NCBI GenBank assembly: GCA_951406725.2
Contig: OX597814.1
Coordinates: 130,572,001 to 130,636,000, forward strand
From: Octopus vulgaris
Taxonomy: Eukaryota
Direction of reading: 5' to 3'
Length of the DNA: 64,000 nt
Shown here: positions 39,463 to 52,637 of the stretch, piece by piece
How the letters are laid out: every line of letters starts with the position of its first letter
How positions within the stretch are numbered: the stretch's first letter is position 1
Made by a program: the position numbers and the translations under genes
The notes under the pieces: generated by a model
The model's database searches: none
Seen by the model: only the letters and a program-made list of their open reading frames with translations
Told to the model about the DNA's origin: nothing

Positions 39463-39846
39463 TAAGGCGGCGAGATGGCAGAAACGTTAGCACGCCGGGC
39501 GAAATGCTTAGCGGTATTTCGTCTGCGTTACGTTGTGAGTTCAAATTCCGAGGTCGACTTTGCCTTTCATCCTTTCGGGGTCGATAAATTAAGTACCAGT
39601 TACGCACTGGGGTCGATGTAATCGTCTTAATACCTATGTCTGTCCTTGTTTGTCCCCAGTGTGTTTAGCCACTTGTGGGTAATAAAGAAATAGGTATGTA
39701 TTCGTTGGTAATAAAGTCTTAATTGTTTATCGATTTTCCATTTATTTGTAATGTCAACAAGGCAGTGAGCCGACAGGATCGTTACCACACGTGTCGAAAT
39801 GCTTAGCAGCATTTCGTCCATCTTTACTTTCTAAGTTCAAATTCCG
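39463..39846 (+). mobile_element. SINE family D, full copy plus a second head
   Basis: aaggcggcgagatggcagaaacgttagcacgccgggcg…gcctttcatcctttcggggtcgataaattaagtaccag (Nin/Deu-like core). Confidence 0.9.
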
Positions 39847-40093
39847 CGGTTTCTGTGGCGTATGCGTTCCTCCCAGCATATGTGTTCCATCGCAGCGTTA
39901 CTCATGAAAGAGGAAGAGATAGTGAGAGAAAGTTGGGGCGAAAGAGTACAGCAGGAGTCGCCACCACCTCCTGCCGGAGCCTCGTGAAGCTTTTAGGTGT
40001 TTTTGCTCAATAAACACACACACAACGCCCGGTCTGAGAATCGAAACCACGACTGCGAGTCCGTTGCTTTAACCACTGGGCCATTGCGCCTCC
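39845..40093 (-). mobile_element. SINE with family C-like head
   Basis: Minus ggaggcgcaatggcccagtggttaaagcaacggactcgc…gtttcgattctcagaccgggcg. Confidence 0.85.
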
Positions 40094-40901
40094 GCATAAA
40101 TATATAAGTATATAAAAAAGTAACGTATTTTCAACCTTACGCATTCTTTTTCGCATATATATGTTCGTGTGTGTGTGTGGGGGGGGGGGGTGCGTGTGAA
40201 ATAAATTAGATACAGTCAATTTAACAAAATTATAAATATTTATGCGGTGTAAGACAAAATTAATCTTTCAGTAAGTGCGCCAACAAATGTATTCATCACA
40301 CAATATAAATAGAACCTGCCCAGAAAATTCCTGATTCGAGCTTTGAAACGTTGCTCGAAATTTGAAATTGCTAAACCATCTGTACAAGGCTAATGCATAC
40401 ATTTTTCACCCAGGAAACACTTGCTCTACATCTCACCTCACAAAACCCCGCACCGAATACATCGCCTAGTCTTTCTCACCCAGAAATCGTACGAGAAATT
40501 AAGTTTCTAAACTGAATTTTAAAAAAAGAGAAAGGTTAGCGGTTAAGTGTGTCGATTTTCTTCACACTAGTAACATTTAACTTGAAAAGAAACGAAAGAA
40601 ACTTTAAAAGTGTCGCGATAATTATCATTAGACAACATTTCTTCAACACCACCTCCTCCGCACCAAGAACACGTTGTCGACGTCAGCACTGCCGCCCCCG
40701 CCACCACGGCCATCACCAACGCCGCCACCACCACCACCACCACCACCATCATCATCTTCATCATCATCATCATTATCCTCCTCCTCCTCATTATCATCAT
40801 CATTCATTTTCGTTGCAGCTTTCGTATTTGGAAATATAAATTTGAGTGTGTAGGTATATACACCACATACACACACACACATACATACATACATACATAC
40901 A

Positions 40902-40933
<32 letters not shown>

Positions 40934-41041
40934 CATATACATATACATACATACATGCATGCATACATATATATATATATATATATATATACAAGCACAC
41001 ACACACATATACATATATATATATATACACAAAAAACAGAA

Positions 41042-41086
<45 letters not shown>

Positions 41087-41314
41087 CATACAGGCACACA
41101 CACATATTTGTATATAATTATACACTCATATCGACGATGTCTTCCAGCGTGTGAAATATGGAATTTTATATGAAATTAATATAAGATTGTAACGTCATGT
41201 AGAGAAACCATATCATTTGCAGTTTGTCCGATAAATAAATATATTATGACGATAAAACTTCATTACAAAAAAAAAAAAAACTTACTGTGGTTTATTTCTG
41301 CTTCACTTGTTGGT

Positions 41315-41430
41315 CTTCTTCTTCTTCTTCTTCTTCTTCTTCTTCTTCTTCTTCTTCTTCTTCTTCTTCTTCTTCTTCTTCTTCTTCTGCTTCTTCTTCT
41401 TCTTCTTCTTCTTCTTCTTCTTCTTCTTCT
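41315..41430. repeat. (CTT)n microsatellite
   Basis: Directly visible. Confidence 0.95.
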
Positions 41431-41596
41431 CCTTCCATCGTTGGTTGTCATCGTCGTTGCTATCGTTCATATATATTGTCTTGTTTATTCCTTTTTCAAT
41501 ATAATTTTTAATGACGTCTACGATGGAAAAGTGACCTAGTTAGTATCGATGAAACTGGCACTTATTAATATGTAGCGTGATCTGATACATGCATAC

Positions 41597-41835
41597 GTAT
41601 ATGTATGTATGCATGTATGTATGCATGTATGTATGCATGTATGTATGCATGTATGTATGCATGTATGTATGCATGTATGTATGTATGTATGTATGTATGT
41701 ATGTATGTATGTATGTATGTATGTATGTATGCATGTATGTATGCATGTATGTATGCATGTATGGATGTATGTATGTATGTATGTATGTATGTATGTATGT
41801 ATGTATGTATGTATGCATGTATGCATGCATGCATG
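41597..41835. repeat. (TATG)n with periodic TGCA variants (12-bp higher-order unit)
   Basis: gtatgtatgcat repeated. Confidence 0.95.
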
Positions 41836-42113
41836 ATTTATATTTGAGTTTAATCATAGAATTCAAGACGGTTGCTACAAAAGCATCAAGAAGTTTTTGA
41901 GTTAAGAGAGTTCTCTGTATTTGTTAATATGCGGTTGAGTTGGTGTGTGGGTTGAACTGTCGATGAATACACCCAAGTGTGTGCATCTATTCACATAAGG
42001 ATCTCTCATGGAAAATTTGGGGAATGTCTTATAAGTCTTCACCGTGCCACTAATAGATTAGATTTGGAGAACCCGCGTCATTTTGTTTTGCTTTTTCACC
42101 GTGAAACTGAGTA

Positions 42114-42633
42114 CCGTAAATCCTCGAGTATAGTCCGCTCTTGAGTATAATACGAAGGGGATTTTTAGGGGGCTGTATTTCTGAAAAACCTAAACCTTGT
42201 GTATAATACGCACCCCTTTACTAACTTGAGTCGTACGTAATTTAGCTAACAGCACCTAGTCAAACAAACTCTTCCGCTCATGCGTAATACAATAATGGTG
42301 ATGTTCTTAACTGTTATATGGGGTTGTAAATGTTTGCAAATTGTTTTTGTTACCTGATATTCTGTGTTCTGAATACTTTTATTTTAATAAATGTTGCTTA
42401 CTGCAAGTTATGGATGATTCTTTTATGACTTCATTGCTTTCAGGCTTAGCTTAAGGTATTTTCGCGTCCGACATCACAAAATGCGTCTGAATAAACATTC
42501 CCGGTCGGCAAATAGAGACTCAGACATTGCTTAGAAGATATTTTTCATTTTTAACCTCGTATATAGTACGCACTAAGGATTTTGACCTTTAAATTTTGGG
42601 GGGAAAATGCCGATTATACACGAGGATTTACGG
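42114..42633. mobile_element. pogo/Tc2-type MITE
   Basis: TA-ccgtaaatcctcgagtata … tatacacgaggatttacgg-TA. Confidence 0.9.
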
Positions 42634-42699
42634 TATTTCAGGTTATTTTGTGCACATTTGTTGGTATATAACCTTATGCACCTATAGAGAATGGTACAA

Positions 42700-45200
42700 A
42701 TGAGAATTCATAGTCAGGCAACAACAGTTGCAAGTTCCGCATTAATTTGCCATAAATGTTATCTTTTTCCTGGACTTTTGATTGTATATTCAAATCTTCT
42801 AGGCAGCTGACCTCTACGAATGTGCATGACTTTTGTTCCTTGTCCCAAATAATATCAGATCTGTTATACTTGCACCGAGTTGATGTTATGGTTTACCAGT
42901 ATTCCTTGTTTTAAAAGGTGTGAACCTCTGCTGGTTCTCATATGCCTTTGATGTATATTCTTTACAACTATACCATGCCTCAGGGCAGGTAGCATCTCGT
43001 AGACATTTTGGGATAGCTGTTGATGTGGGTGATATCTTTCACACCGGTATAGCAGAGCCGACATTTGTTTTTCACAATGTGGAGGTTGGGTGGTATCTAT
43101 GTCCCTCTTGTCTATGAGGTATTTAGTAGCTGTCTCCTGTTCCTGGTTAACGAAAGCATATCCTTCTAGTGGTATGTAATGTATCTAATCGCAGCCCAGT
43201 AGAGGCTGAAGGTGTTTTTCTCACTTTTGAGTGTCGCTTTTACTCTTTACTTGTTTCAGTCATTTGACTGCAGCCATGCTGGAGCACCGCCTTTAGTCGA
43301 GCAAATCGACCCCAGGACCTATTCTTTGTAAGCCTAGTACTTATTCTATCGGTCTCTTTTGCCGAACCGCTAAGTTACGGGGATGTAAACACACCAGCAT
43401 CGGTTGTCAAGTGATGTTGGGGGGGGGGCAAACACAGACACCCAAACACACACACATATATATACATATATACGACGGGCTTCTTTCAGTTTCCGTCTAC
43501 CAAATCCACTCACAAGGCTTTGGTCGGGCCGAGGCTATAGTAGAAGACACTTGCCCAAGGTGCCACGCAGTGGGAATGAACCCGGAACCATGTAGCTGGT
43601 AAGCAAGCTACTTACCACACACCCACTCCTATGTGTATAGAATATTTTCATTTCTTTCTTTACTGTTCAGCAGGTGTTGTCTGAGTGATACAATGCGGTA
43701 TTTAAAGGCTTTTTGGACTGACCTTATGCCTCTACTGCCATCATTTCATCTCACATATATCCTATCGGTGTCACTGTTAATATGGAATTTGCTAGTGATG
43801 GTTAATACCTTTCTGGTTTTGATGTCTTGGCTGGGATATTGGTAGTAGTACTAGTACTCCAAAAGGATTGTGCGATATGTTCTTGTTAAATGCAGACAGC
43901 TCTCAGTTCCATATTTTCCGAAGTCTACAGAATACTCTTTCGTTATTCTGGGTTTAGTAACAGCATAAATGTATTCAACATTCTCATCGATTCTGGGGTA
44001 TTTGTAGCTTTCATCATTAAAGATTGAGAAGATAGGATAAGGTGTTGATGAACGTTCTCTGCCTGGTCAAAAATCTTTCCTCCGTTGACCACCATGTATG
44101 ACCATTTACCTTGCCCAAATTCCATTCCTATATACCATGAGAATGTTGCGACTAGTTCTAATTGTCTCTTGACGTTGGTCATATTACCAGAATATAACTT
44201 TAGGTCCATCAATAAAAAATATGTAACATTAACTTTATTGTTTTCTGCATATTCCAGTATGTAGCCATAGCATTTTGTTGGCAGGGTTAACAAAGGATTC
44301 ACTGCCAGTACAAAGAATATTACAGATAATATATCCCCCTGGAATATGCCTGTTGATAGCTTGATTCTGCTTGTAACAATGTGGTACATTAGCAGTTGTT
44401 AGTGATAACTGTGTAGATCATGATGCAGTCGGTCTTTGGATGGCATTTTCTATAGAAGCTGGTACTTTAGCAAGGTGTAGTGATTCTATCACTCATGAGT
44501 GGTCCAGCCATATCGCTAGGAGATTACAGCGATGTTGCTTGGCTTCCTTAAGAACAACTTTGTTGAGGAGGTGCTGTTCAGCACAGACCCAAGCTCTTTT
44601 CTTCCTCCTACCTGTTTATCAGTTATCACTCCATTTGTCAGTGGTCTTGGAGAAGCATATGCAAACAGAATGTGTACAGCTTACACATAATATTCAGGCA
44701 TGCTATGAGTGTATAAATTTTAGTCACGTGGGTTTCTTCGTTCATGAGATAAAATTAGTCCGGGCAACCGTCAGCCAATCTGGTATATCTAGCTCAGGGT
44801 TCATTGTCTTTTTAACTGATTCGCAAGAATATCTCTCTAGAATGTGAGCTTTGTGTACCAGTAGACTCCTATCAGGTCTCTCTCAGGAGATTTTCCGTTC
44901 GACTGTTTCATAATAATCGACAGGAGTGTTTCACTGGTGATGTTTTATGTTTTTGGTGAGGCATTTACACAGTACTCACTTCGTAGGTCGTTCCACCATG
45001 CTGCATCACGGTTGTGTTGTGTGTTCACATTCCAGATTCTCCGCAAGAATGTCTCCAAGTCTTCCTGGGGAGGAGAATTTATTACCTTAATGGTATCGCC
45101 TTTCATATTGTGATAAACAGCTTGAAGTTTTCGGGCAAACTTTCGGTTTTTCGTTTTCCGTTCATGTACTTTTTTAAAATATTCACGTTTTTCATTTACT
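42700..45200 (-). mobile_element. Degenerate R4/Dong-type LINE (RT plus zinc knuckle), interrupted by a SINE
   Basis: GIFQGDILSVIFFVLAVNPL…MDLKLY…IGMEFGQGK (43943-44389); NQEQETATKY…CRLC…YNRSDIIWDKEQKSC (42780-43180). Confidence 0.8.
43237..43632 (-). mobile_element. SINE family A inserted in the R4 LINE
   Basis: Near-consensus full copy. Confidence 0.9.
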
Positions 45201-45364
45201 GCTCGTAAATTGAGTATGAGGCTGATAAGTTATTCTGTAAATGTTTCTCAGAGGCATTTCCCATACAATTTGAAGAACCTATTATGCAGTCGAAGCTGGT
45301 GATTCGTGAACTCATTTTTAGCCTCGCATTTGATGATAGTGTCCAACTGTCCTTTCTTTCTCCT

Positions 45365-46052
45365 CTTTCTCTTTTCTCTTTTACTTGTTTCAGTCATTTG
45401 ACTGCGGCCATGCTGGAGCACCGCCTTTTAGTCGAGCAAATCGACCCAAGGACTTATTCTTTGTAAGCCTAGTACTTATCCTATCGGTCTCTTTTGCAGA
45501 ACCGCTAAGTAACGGGGACGTAAACACACCAGCATCGGTTGTCAAGCGATGTTGGGGAGACAAACACAGACACCACAAACACACACACATATATACATAT
45601 ACATATATACGACGGGCTTCTTTCAGCTTCCGTCTACCAAATCCACTCACAAGGCTTTGGTCGGCCCGAGGCTATAGTAGAAGACACTTGCCCAAGGTGC
45701 CACGCAGTGGGACTGAACCCGGAACTGTGTGGTTGGTAAGCAAGCTACTTACCACACAGCCACTCCTGCGCCTGGAGCCTTCGATATTATTTTGGAGGGA
45801 AGTAATACATTTTGGCTCTGTATTTCTTTCTTTATTTATTGCTCACAGGGAGCTAAACATAGAGGGTACAAACAAGGACAGACAAAAAGATTAAGTCGAT
45901 TACATCGACCCAGTGCGTAGCTGGTACTTATTTAATCGAAAGGATGAAAGGCAAAGTCGACCTCGACAGAATTTGAACTTAGAACGTAAAGACAGGCGAA
46001 ATACCGCTAAGCATATCGCCCGGCGTGCTAACGCTTCTGGCAGCTCACCGAC
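45365..46052 (-). mobile_element. SINE family A (45365-45772) and SINE family D (45830-46052)
   Basis: Both match the family motifs described above. Confidence 0.9.
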
Positions 46053-46163
46053 TTATTACCCTTTCGATCGGTCTCTCTTACTCCAATAGATATAGGTATC
46101 TATTTCTCTGTTCGTCCGTTTGTCTATTTATCTATACATATGTGTGTGTATGTGTACACACAC

Positions 46164-46197
<34 letters not shown>

Positions 46198-46690
46198 TTC
46201 GGCTTAAAAGCCCTTCTTGTTTGTGTTACTGTTATTCTCCTTGTCCTGTCTTTTACTGTTTATATTTTGTACTGTCGTTACTGTCCTGTCTTTTACTGTT
46301 TATATTTTGTACTGTCGTTACTGTCCTGTTTTTTTTTTATCATTTTTACCCCTCCGCAAAAAAATCTCAAATTTTATTTAATTTGATTTTCGCGGGAAGG
46401 ATTGTTTCATGAAAGCCATGTATCGCCTTGACCTTCGAAACGTGGAGTAGATGAAACAAAAGCCAATGAAGAAGGGGAATTTTCCTTGTTTTGTATGTCC
46501 TGTACTCTATTTTTTCGTTGTTTAAGAAAAATGCCCATTTCCTTGGTTTTGTGTTTATGTTTTCGTTTCTCATTGTGTTCGACGTTTTTTTTGGTATCCT
46601 GTACCCATATATGCATGTATATATACATGTAGAGGTAGGTACGTACATATATGTATGTATATATGCATACGTTTTATTTATTTATTAATT

Positions 46691-46727
<37 letters not shown>

Positions 46728-47050
46728 CATACATACATACATACATACATACATACATACATACATACATGCATACATACATACATAGAGATATAGAGAG
46801 AGAGGGAGAGAGAGAGAGGGGGTCAGTTTTTATGTAGGTGTGTATAACTGTCTGAATATTTATCTACCTGTTTGCTTATTCACCTGTCTACCTCTGTCTA
46901 TCAAAATAGCTCCTAAGTTGTTATTCATTTAATTTTAAGCAATTTCATGCGATAACCTTGGGGTTAAGTTAATTCATAGCAATATATATATTTATATACA
47001 CATGCATACATACATACATACATACATACATACATACATACATACATACA

Positions 47051-47084
<34 letters not shown>

Positions 47085-47173
47085 ATTACATGCATTAGTA
47101 TATATATATTTTTTTTTTTATAAAATTATTTTAGCATTTTCTATCTTGACCTTTTTTCCATATATATATATAC

Positions 47174-47397
47174 ACTCTTTTACTCTTTTACTTCTTTCAG
47201 TCATTTGACTGTAGCCATGCTGGAGCACCGCCTTTAGTCGAGCAAATCTACCTCAGGACTTATTCTTTATAAGCTTAGTACTTATTCTATCGGTCTCTAT
47301 GCCGAACCGCTAAGTTACGGGAACGTTAACACACCAGTATCAGCTGTCAAGTGATGTTGGGGAGGACAAAGACAGACACACAAACATACACACATAT

Positions 47398-47450
<53 letters not shown>

Positions 47451-47614
47451 TACGACGGGCTTCTTTCAGTTTCCGTCTACAAAATCCACTCAAGGCTTTG
47501 GTCGGCTCGAAACTATAGTAGAAGACACCTTCCCATGGTGCCACGCAGTGGGACTGAACCCGGAACCATGTGGTTCGTAAGCAAAGTACTTACCACACAG
47601 CCACTCCTACGTCT
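47174..47614 (-). mobile_element. SINE family A
   Basis: Full copy. Confidence 0.9.
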
Positions 47615-47919
47615 ATGAATAACTTCCATCGATAACTATTGCACAGAAATTTGTAACAAAATATGATTAAAATAAAAGCAATATGCTATTAGCTCTGGGT
47701 TTGAAAGCATAACATTTATCTAATCAGTTGCAAGAGGTCAAAGATACAAAGGAATTGCATATTCAGAGCTCCTGTTTTATATGGTTGAAGGACAGCATAT
47801 CAACGTTGCAGAGAACCTTTTCTTGGCGAGAGCTGTTAAATTTCCGCACTGTTTTTTTATGCAATGTCTGTTGTCCATTCGGTGAAAAAAACGATTCTAT
47901 GACATTTAGTAACTGTTTC

Positions 47920-48316
47920 AAATGTTTTTGCCACAAGGCCAAGACTTTTATTATATCGACTCCAGTTCTTGACTGGTACTTTATTTTATCTACCTCGAAA
48001 AGATGAAAAGTAAATATGACCCCTGTGGCATTTGAACTCAAGAATGTAAAGACAGACACAATTATGCCAGCTCGCTGCTTTACATTACATTTGATAATCC
48101 TTTCTACTTATAAGCACAAGGCCTGAGATTTGTTGGGAGAAGATTAGTTGATTACATCGACTCCTTTTACTCAACTGGTACTTATTTCATCGACTGCGAA
48201 AGGATGAAAGGCGAAGGTGACTTCAGCGGAATTTCAGTGAAGAACGTAATGAGGAACTAAATACCACTAAAAATTTTGTCCCGGCCTGTTAACGAATCCG
48301 CCAGCACACCACCTAA
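47920..48316 (-). mobile_element. Two tandem SINE family D copies
   Basis: atcgactcc…ctggtactt…gaaaggatgaaag occurs twice. Confidence 0.75.
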
Positions 48317-48807
48317 CATTACATTTAAGAATGACAGCTGGAAATGATTTATCGATTACGCAACAACAGGACTTATAAGATTAAAATGAATATTCCATTT
48401 TGATAAACATGTGCTGAATTATCGTAGATATAGACACTTTACAAAAACACACGGCGAATATGGTGTGTATTTCATTCTGGTCGCTACAGCAGCTTAACTA
48501 GAACGGGGAGGGACGGTCCGGTCATAGCGACGCTTTTACGGAGAGAACACTTTGGGATCTGCTCTATAAACCTGTATAAGTTCTGGGGTCCAAAAAGGAT
48601 GCAATAAATTCAAAGGTTGCTCTGGATGGCATTCACCCCTGCTACGTCACTATTACTCTACTAGCTTGGTGGCGAGTCTGCTTTGCATAAGGTCTTTCAC
48701 TCATCTAAAATGAGCAACATCTGTGAAGCAAAGAATATTTTTTCATTCATTTATTTCTTTTAAACAAGAGATAGGAACTGCTTAACAAAACTTTAAGATA
48801 CATCATT

Positions 48808-48975
48808 ATAGGCGCAGGATTGGGTGTGTGGTAAGTAGCTTGCTTACCAACCACACGGTTCTGGGTTCAGTCCCTCTGCGTGGTACCTTGTGCAAGTGTC
48901 TTCTACTATAGCATCGGGCACACTAAAGCCTTGTGAGTGGATTTGGTAGACGGAAACTGAAAGACGCCCGTCATA
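48808..48975 (+). mobile_element. SINE family A 5' half
   Basis: Ends in (TA)n and is followed by the PLE-like cluster. Confidence 0.85.
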
Positions 48976-49280
48976 TATATATATACACACATATATATAT
49001 ATATATATATATAATCATTAATAGTAGGGAATATAAAATTCCAAGGCAACAGAGGAAAACAAACTCAATTTAGTAATATTAAATTTCACGATATATTAAA
49101 TATATATAGAATTAAGAGATAGAACCTCCATAAAGTCATTCAATAAATACTGAAAGATATATAAATTTAAATATATTATTATTAACGTTGTACTAAAAAT
49201 TTCTACACATTAAAACTACTTTATTATTAACCTCGTGCTATAAATTTCTATACTATATAATATACATTAAAAATACTCAT

Positions 49281-49390
49281 TAAAAACGACGACGCGCGTT
49301 TCGTGATTATGTATACGGATCTACAATATCAAAATCAAAAATTAAATATTTCTTTGATCCAACGACACATAGCAACTCTTCAGGTTTCTA
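49281..49390 (-). ncRNA. Type-I hammerhead ribozyme, intact core, long stem II
   Basis: tagaaac-CTGAAGA-gttgctatgtg…ggatc…gatcc…tacataatcac-GAAA-cg cgcgt cg-TC-gttttta; canonical GUC cleavage triplet. Confidence 0.8.
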
Positions 49391-49522
49391 TAACATAAAA
49401 TAAATTTACAACATAGATGAAAACGTTATAATTACACTATACTCTATAAATAATTGATAAGATTTAACAATATTAAAGAAAAGTATGAGCATGACTTATT
49501 AAGTCTTAATAAGACTTCTAAT

Positions 49523-50405
49523 ATAGGATAACATTTTTTCAAAAAAACTTCAAGTGGCCAGCATAATAAAACACCTTTTAAGGTGAATATTTTAAACAAT
49601 TATAAATAAGGGCAAAAGAAACAAATTCTATGATAATATGCTGAGAAACAGACTTTAAGTCATCAATCATCACATTCAATATATTAATCCAGAAATCGTT
49701 CGATATAGAGATTTAAAAAAATTCTGTTTGCTTGGTTTCCTCGATTTAACACGATGTGTATTTATAGTGATATATATTGTATATGGTGATTGAAGATTTA
49801 AAGTTTAATTTTTTCTTTTGCCCTTATAATTGTTTATAATATTCACCTTAAAAGGTATTTTAATATGCTGACCACTTGATGAAATTTTTTTGAAAAAAAA
49901 ATTATCCTATAAGAAGTAAATTTATAACCACATTCACTTCGGAATTGGTGACCACTCTAAGTTGTGGTTCCTGCCCGATTACACGTGTGTTGAGGCTTAC
50001 TACGGAATTTATATTTAGATATATTTGGGGTACTTATATGTACACATGACTATGCTTCTGCTTTTTCTCCAAGGGTGCTTGTAAACATTTAATTTATTTC
50101 TTATAGTATTCCCTACTGATGAGTGGAAAAATCCGTTGGATTAATCCCCAAATCGTTCGATATAGAGATAACGCATTTTATAAAAAATTCGTTTAGCTTG
50201 CTTTCCTCGATTCAACATGATGTGTATTTATAGTGATATATTTATTACATGTGGTGATTGACGATTTAAAGTCTATTTCTCAGCATATTGGGATTGAATT
50301 TTTTCTTTTGCCTTTATTTATAATTGTTTATAATATTCACCTTAAAAGGTATTTTAATATGGTGGCCACTTGATGAAATTTTTGAAAAAATGTTATCCTA
50401 TATTA
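49523..50405. mobile_element. PLE pLTR-like cluster: inverted copy (49523-49676) plus two direct copies (49684-49912, 50140-50405)
   Basis: Direct repeat ttaatcc…aaatcgttcgatatagagat…ttatcctata. Hammerhead skeleton at 50110-50168: tcccta-CTGATGA-gtgga…tcc-(c)AAA-tcgttcga-TA-tagaga; the 49690 copy retains GAAA. Confidence 0.7.
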
Positions 50406-50406
50406 G

Positions 50407-50446
<40 letters not shown>

Positions 50447-50451
<5 letters not shown>

Positions 50452-50659
50452 TGCAGCGTGGAAGGTGTTTGTAAGCCATTTAAGAAACACACAAAATCTG
50501 CTCGATTCACTTCAACATTTAAGTTTTTTGTCAGTGAACAGGTCGCGGTCTTATAGCGACGAAAATATTTTGACAAATTAAACTTAAATATTGAAGTGAA
50601 TCGAACGGCTTTTGTGTGTTTCTTAAATGGCTTACAAGCACCTTCCACGCTGCAATTGT
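50447..50659. repeat. ~87-bp-arm inverted repeat capped by a hammerhead
   Basis: acaattgcagcgtggaaggtg…aagttttttgtca / tgacaaattaaactt…caccttccacgctgcaattgt. Confidence 0.95.
50528..50576 (+). ncRNA. Type-I hammerhead, G3:C8 core variant
   Basis: ttgtca-GTGAACA-g-gtcgc ggtcttata gcgac-GAAA-atat-TT-tgacaa. Confidence 0.75.
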
Positions 50660-50715
50660 TTTCGTTCCAGCACACGATCTCAGATCAAATCACTTGCTAT
50701 GCAAGTACATCTCCG

Positions 50716-50753
<38 letters not shown>

Positions 50754-50976
50754 AGAGAGTTTACGAAAATTACGAAAGACAAAGACAGCTGGTGTACAAA
50801 ACAAACAAATGTATTAGTATAACGCTCAGGAATAGAAAAAATCTTTTACGTTTCGAGCCTACAGAAAGGGACACAGAAAAAAACAAGGAGAGAAAAAAAC
50901 GGAGGGGAAAAAGGGGAGAAGAAAAGGAGATAAAAAAGGGGAGAAAAAAGGAAACAAAAAAAGGAGAGAAAAAATA

Positions 50977-51038
<62 letters not shown>

Positions 51039-51334
51039 GTATATATACTTCATACGCTCTCTGTTGGCACGCCAGGCTAACAATATTAGATTAGTGAAGA
51101 ACACCAGGTAATCTTTTGGTAGGCTCGAAGGTTATGGTTCATCACAATTCTATATTGTAAATCTGTGGGTCGGCTCAAGCAAAATATTTTTTATAAAATG
51201 ATATATAAGAAACAAGTTAAAATAATGGTCATCACATATAATTCCTTTATTAGAGCAAATTTGTCTTACTGCTGTTTCCAGTAGTCATTATAGGTACATT
51301 ACTGATAGATTTACCCAAATCGTCTATTGATCAA

Positions 51335-51640
51335 CTGAAGAAAATTGAATGGCCTAATAAAATTAATGCCACTTTCGTCAGCGCCATTTCTGGTTATAAC
51401 AAGCAGAGCACTGAAGGAATGGGCTATTTTATGGGGAAGGTGGGAGAAGATGGAAATAATCAAGTAGATTAGAGAACAGAGGAAGACAGATTACAAAGGG
51501 AGTGGAAGTAGGTAAGGATGGTATAGTAGTCATTTACTAGAAGTGTGAACATCGTATTGCCAGTGCTCTGCTTGTTATAACGAGAAATTATAACGAAAAT
51601 AGCATTGATTTTCTTAGGTGGTTCAATTTTCCTCAATGGG
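51335..51640. repeat. Imperfect inverted repeat with purine-rich spacer
   Basis: gttataacaagcagagcactg / cagtgctctgcttgttataac (21 bp perfect) plus looser outer pairing. Confidence 0.8.
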
Positions 51641-52212
51641 CTTCAACATAGTTTTCGTCTACCATCTTCACTCAGAAGTAATTTAAGATAATTACTAAAG
51701 TCTTGTAACGCAGCCTATAAAACCTTGTACAACATTTCTGCGTCCTTTACTTTTGCCAACATCAAAGAACAACTGACCTGATAGCATCCTATTTTTAAAA
51801 GCATAACATTTCATTAATTAAGAACTTTAAAAAAATGAATAAGAATCTTTTTACTGCTTCAAAGACCATGAAATTGCAAGAGAAATATATACTTGACATA
51901 CCGTCTATTAACATTAAACAAATCTCAGTTACTCTATATTTCACGCCACAAGCTTAAACAACGGTCTTCTACAGATATATTAAGATAAATTATTCAATTG
52001 GCCTGGAAAACTCAATAATATATTAATAAGTGTTTCATATAAAATAGGTTAATATGTATTTTTACCAACAGCGCGTGAAAATAACTGATAGTCCGTTGTT
52101 TTGGGGAACATTGAAAGTATTGTTCAGGAATGAATACTATATAGAAGCGTATGTATGAGAGTGTATACATATGCAAATGTGTATTGTATTTGCACCTTAT
52201 ATAATTAAGTCT

Positions 52213-52515
52213 GTGGAGGCACATGGCGTGGTGGTTAGAGCAGCGGACTTGCTGTCCAGGGATCGCGGTTTCGAATCTCAGACCGGGCGATGTGTGTGTT
52301 TATGAGCGAAACACCTAAGCTCCACGCGGCTCCGGTAAGCAGGAAATGGCGAACTTCTGCTGACTCTTTCGCCACAACTTTCTCTCACTCTTTCCTCCTG
52401 CATCTTGAGGGCTCACTTGCAACAGACCGGCATCCCGTCCAGGTGGGGAACCTATACGCCTAGGAAACCGAGAAACCGGCCCTATGAGCCAGGCATGGCT
52501 CGAGAAGGAACAAAC
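52213..52515 (+). mobile_element. SINE family C
   Basis: Full copy. Confidence 0.9.
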
Positions 52516-52637
52516 ATAATTAAGTCTACATGCGTGTACATGTTTATGAGTGTTCTACACATATATGATCGTGTGTGCATGCTTATATAAGTACATGTGG
52601 ATTGTTGGCGAATTTTTCCTCTGTCTTCCTCTGTCTC

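Noticed and set aside
40325-40370. CTGATTC-gagc…gctc-GAAA hammerhead-like motif
   Set aside because: G8 and A9 both wrong and stems I and III are poor.
40549-40839. Poly-His or poly-Asp/Gly ORFs
   Set aside because: Degenerate trinucleotide repeat with no domain or splice support; could be UTR.
46390-46460. gaagg…ccttc-GAAA-cg-TG hairpin
   Set aside because: No CUGANGA-like core and the cleavage site would be G; at most a dead pLTR.
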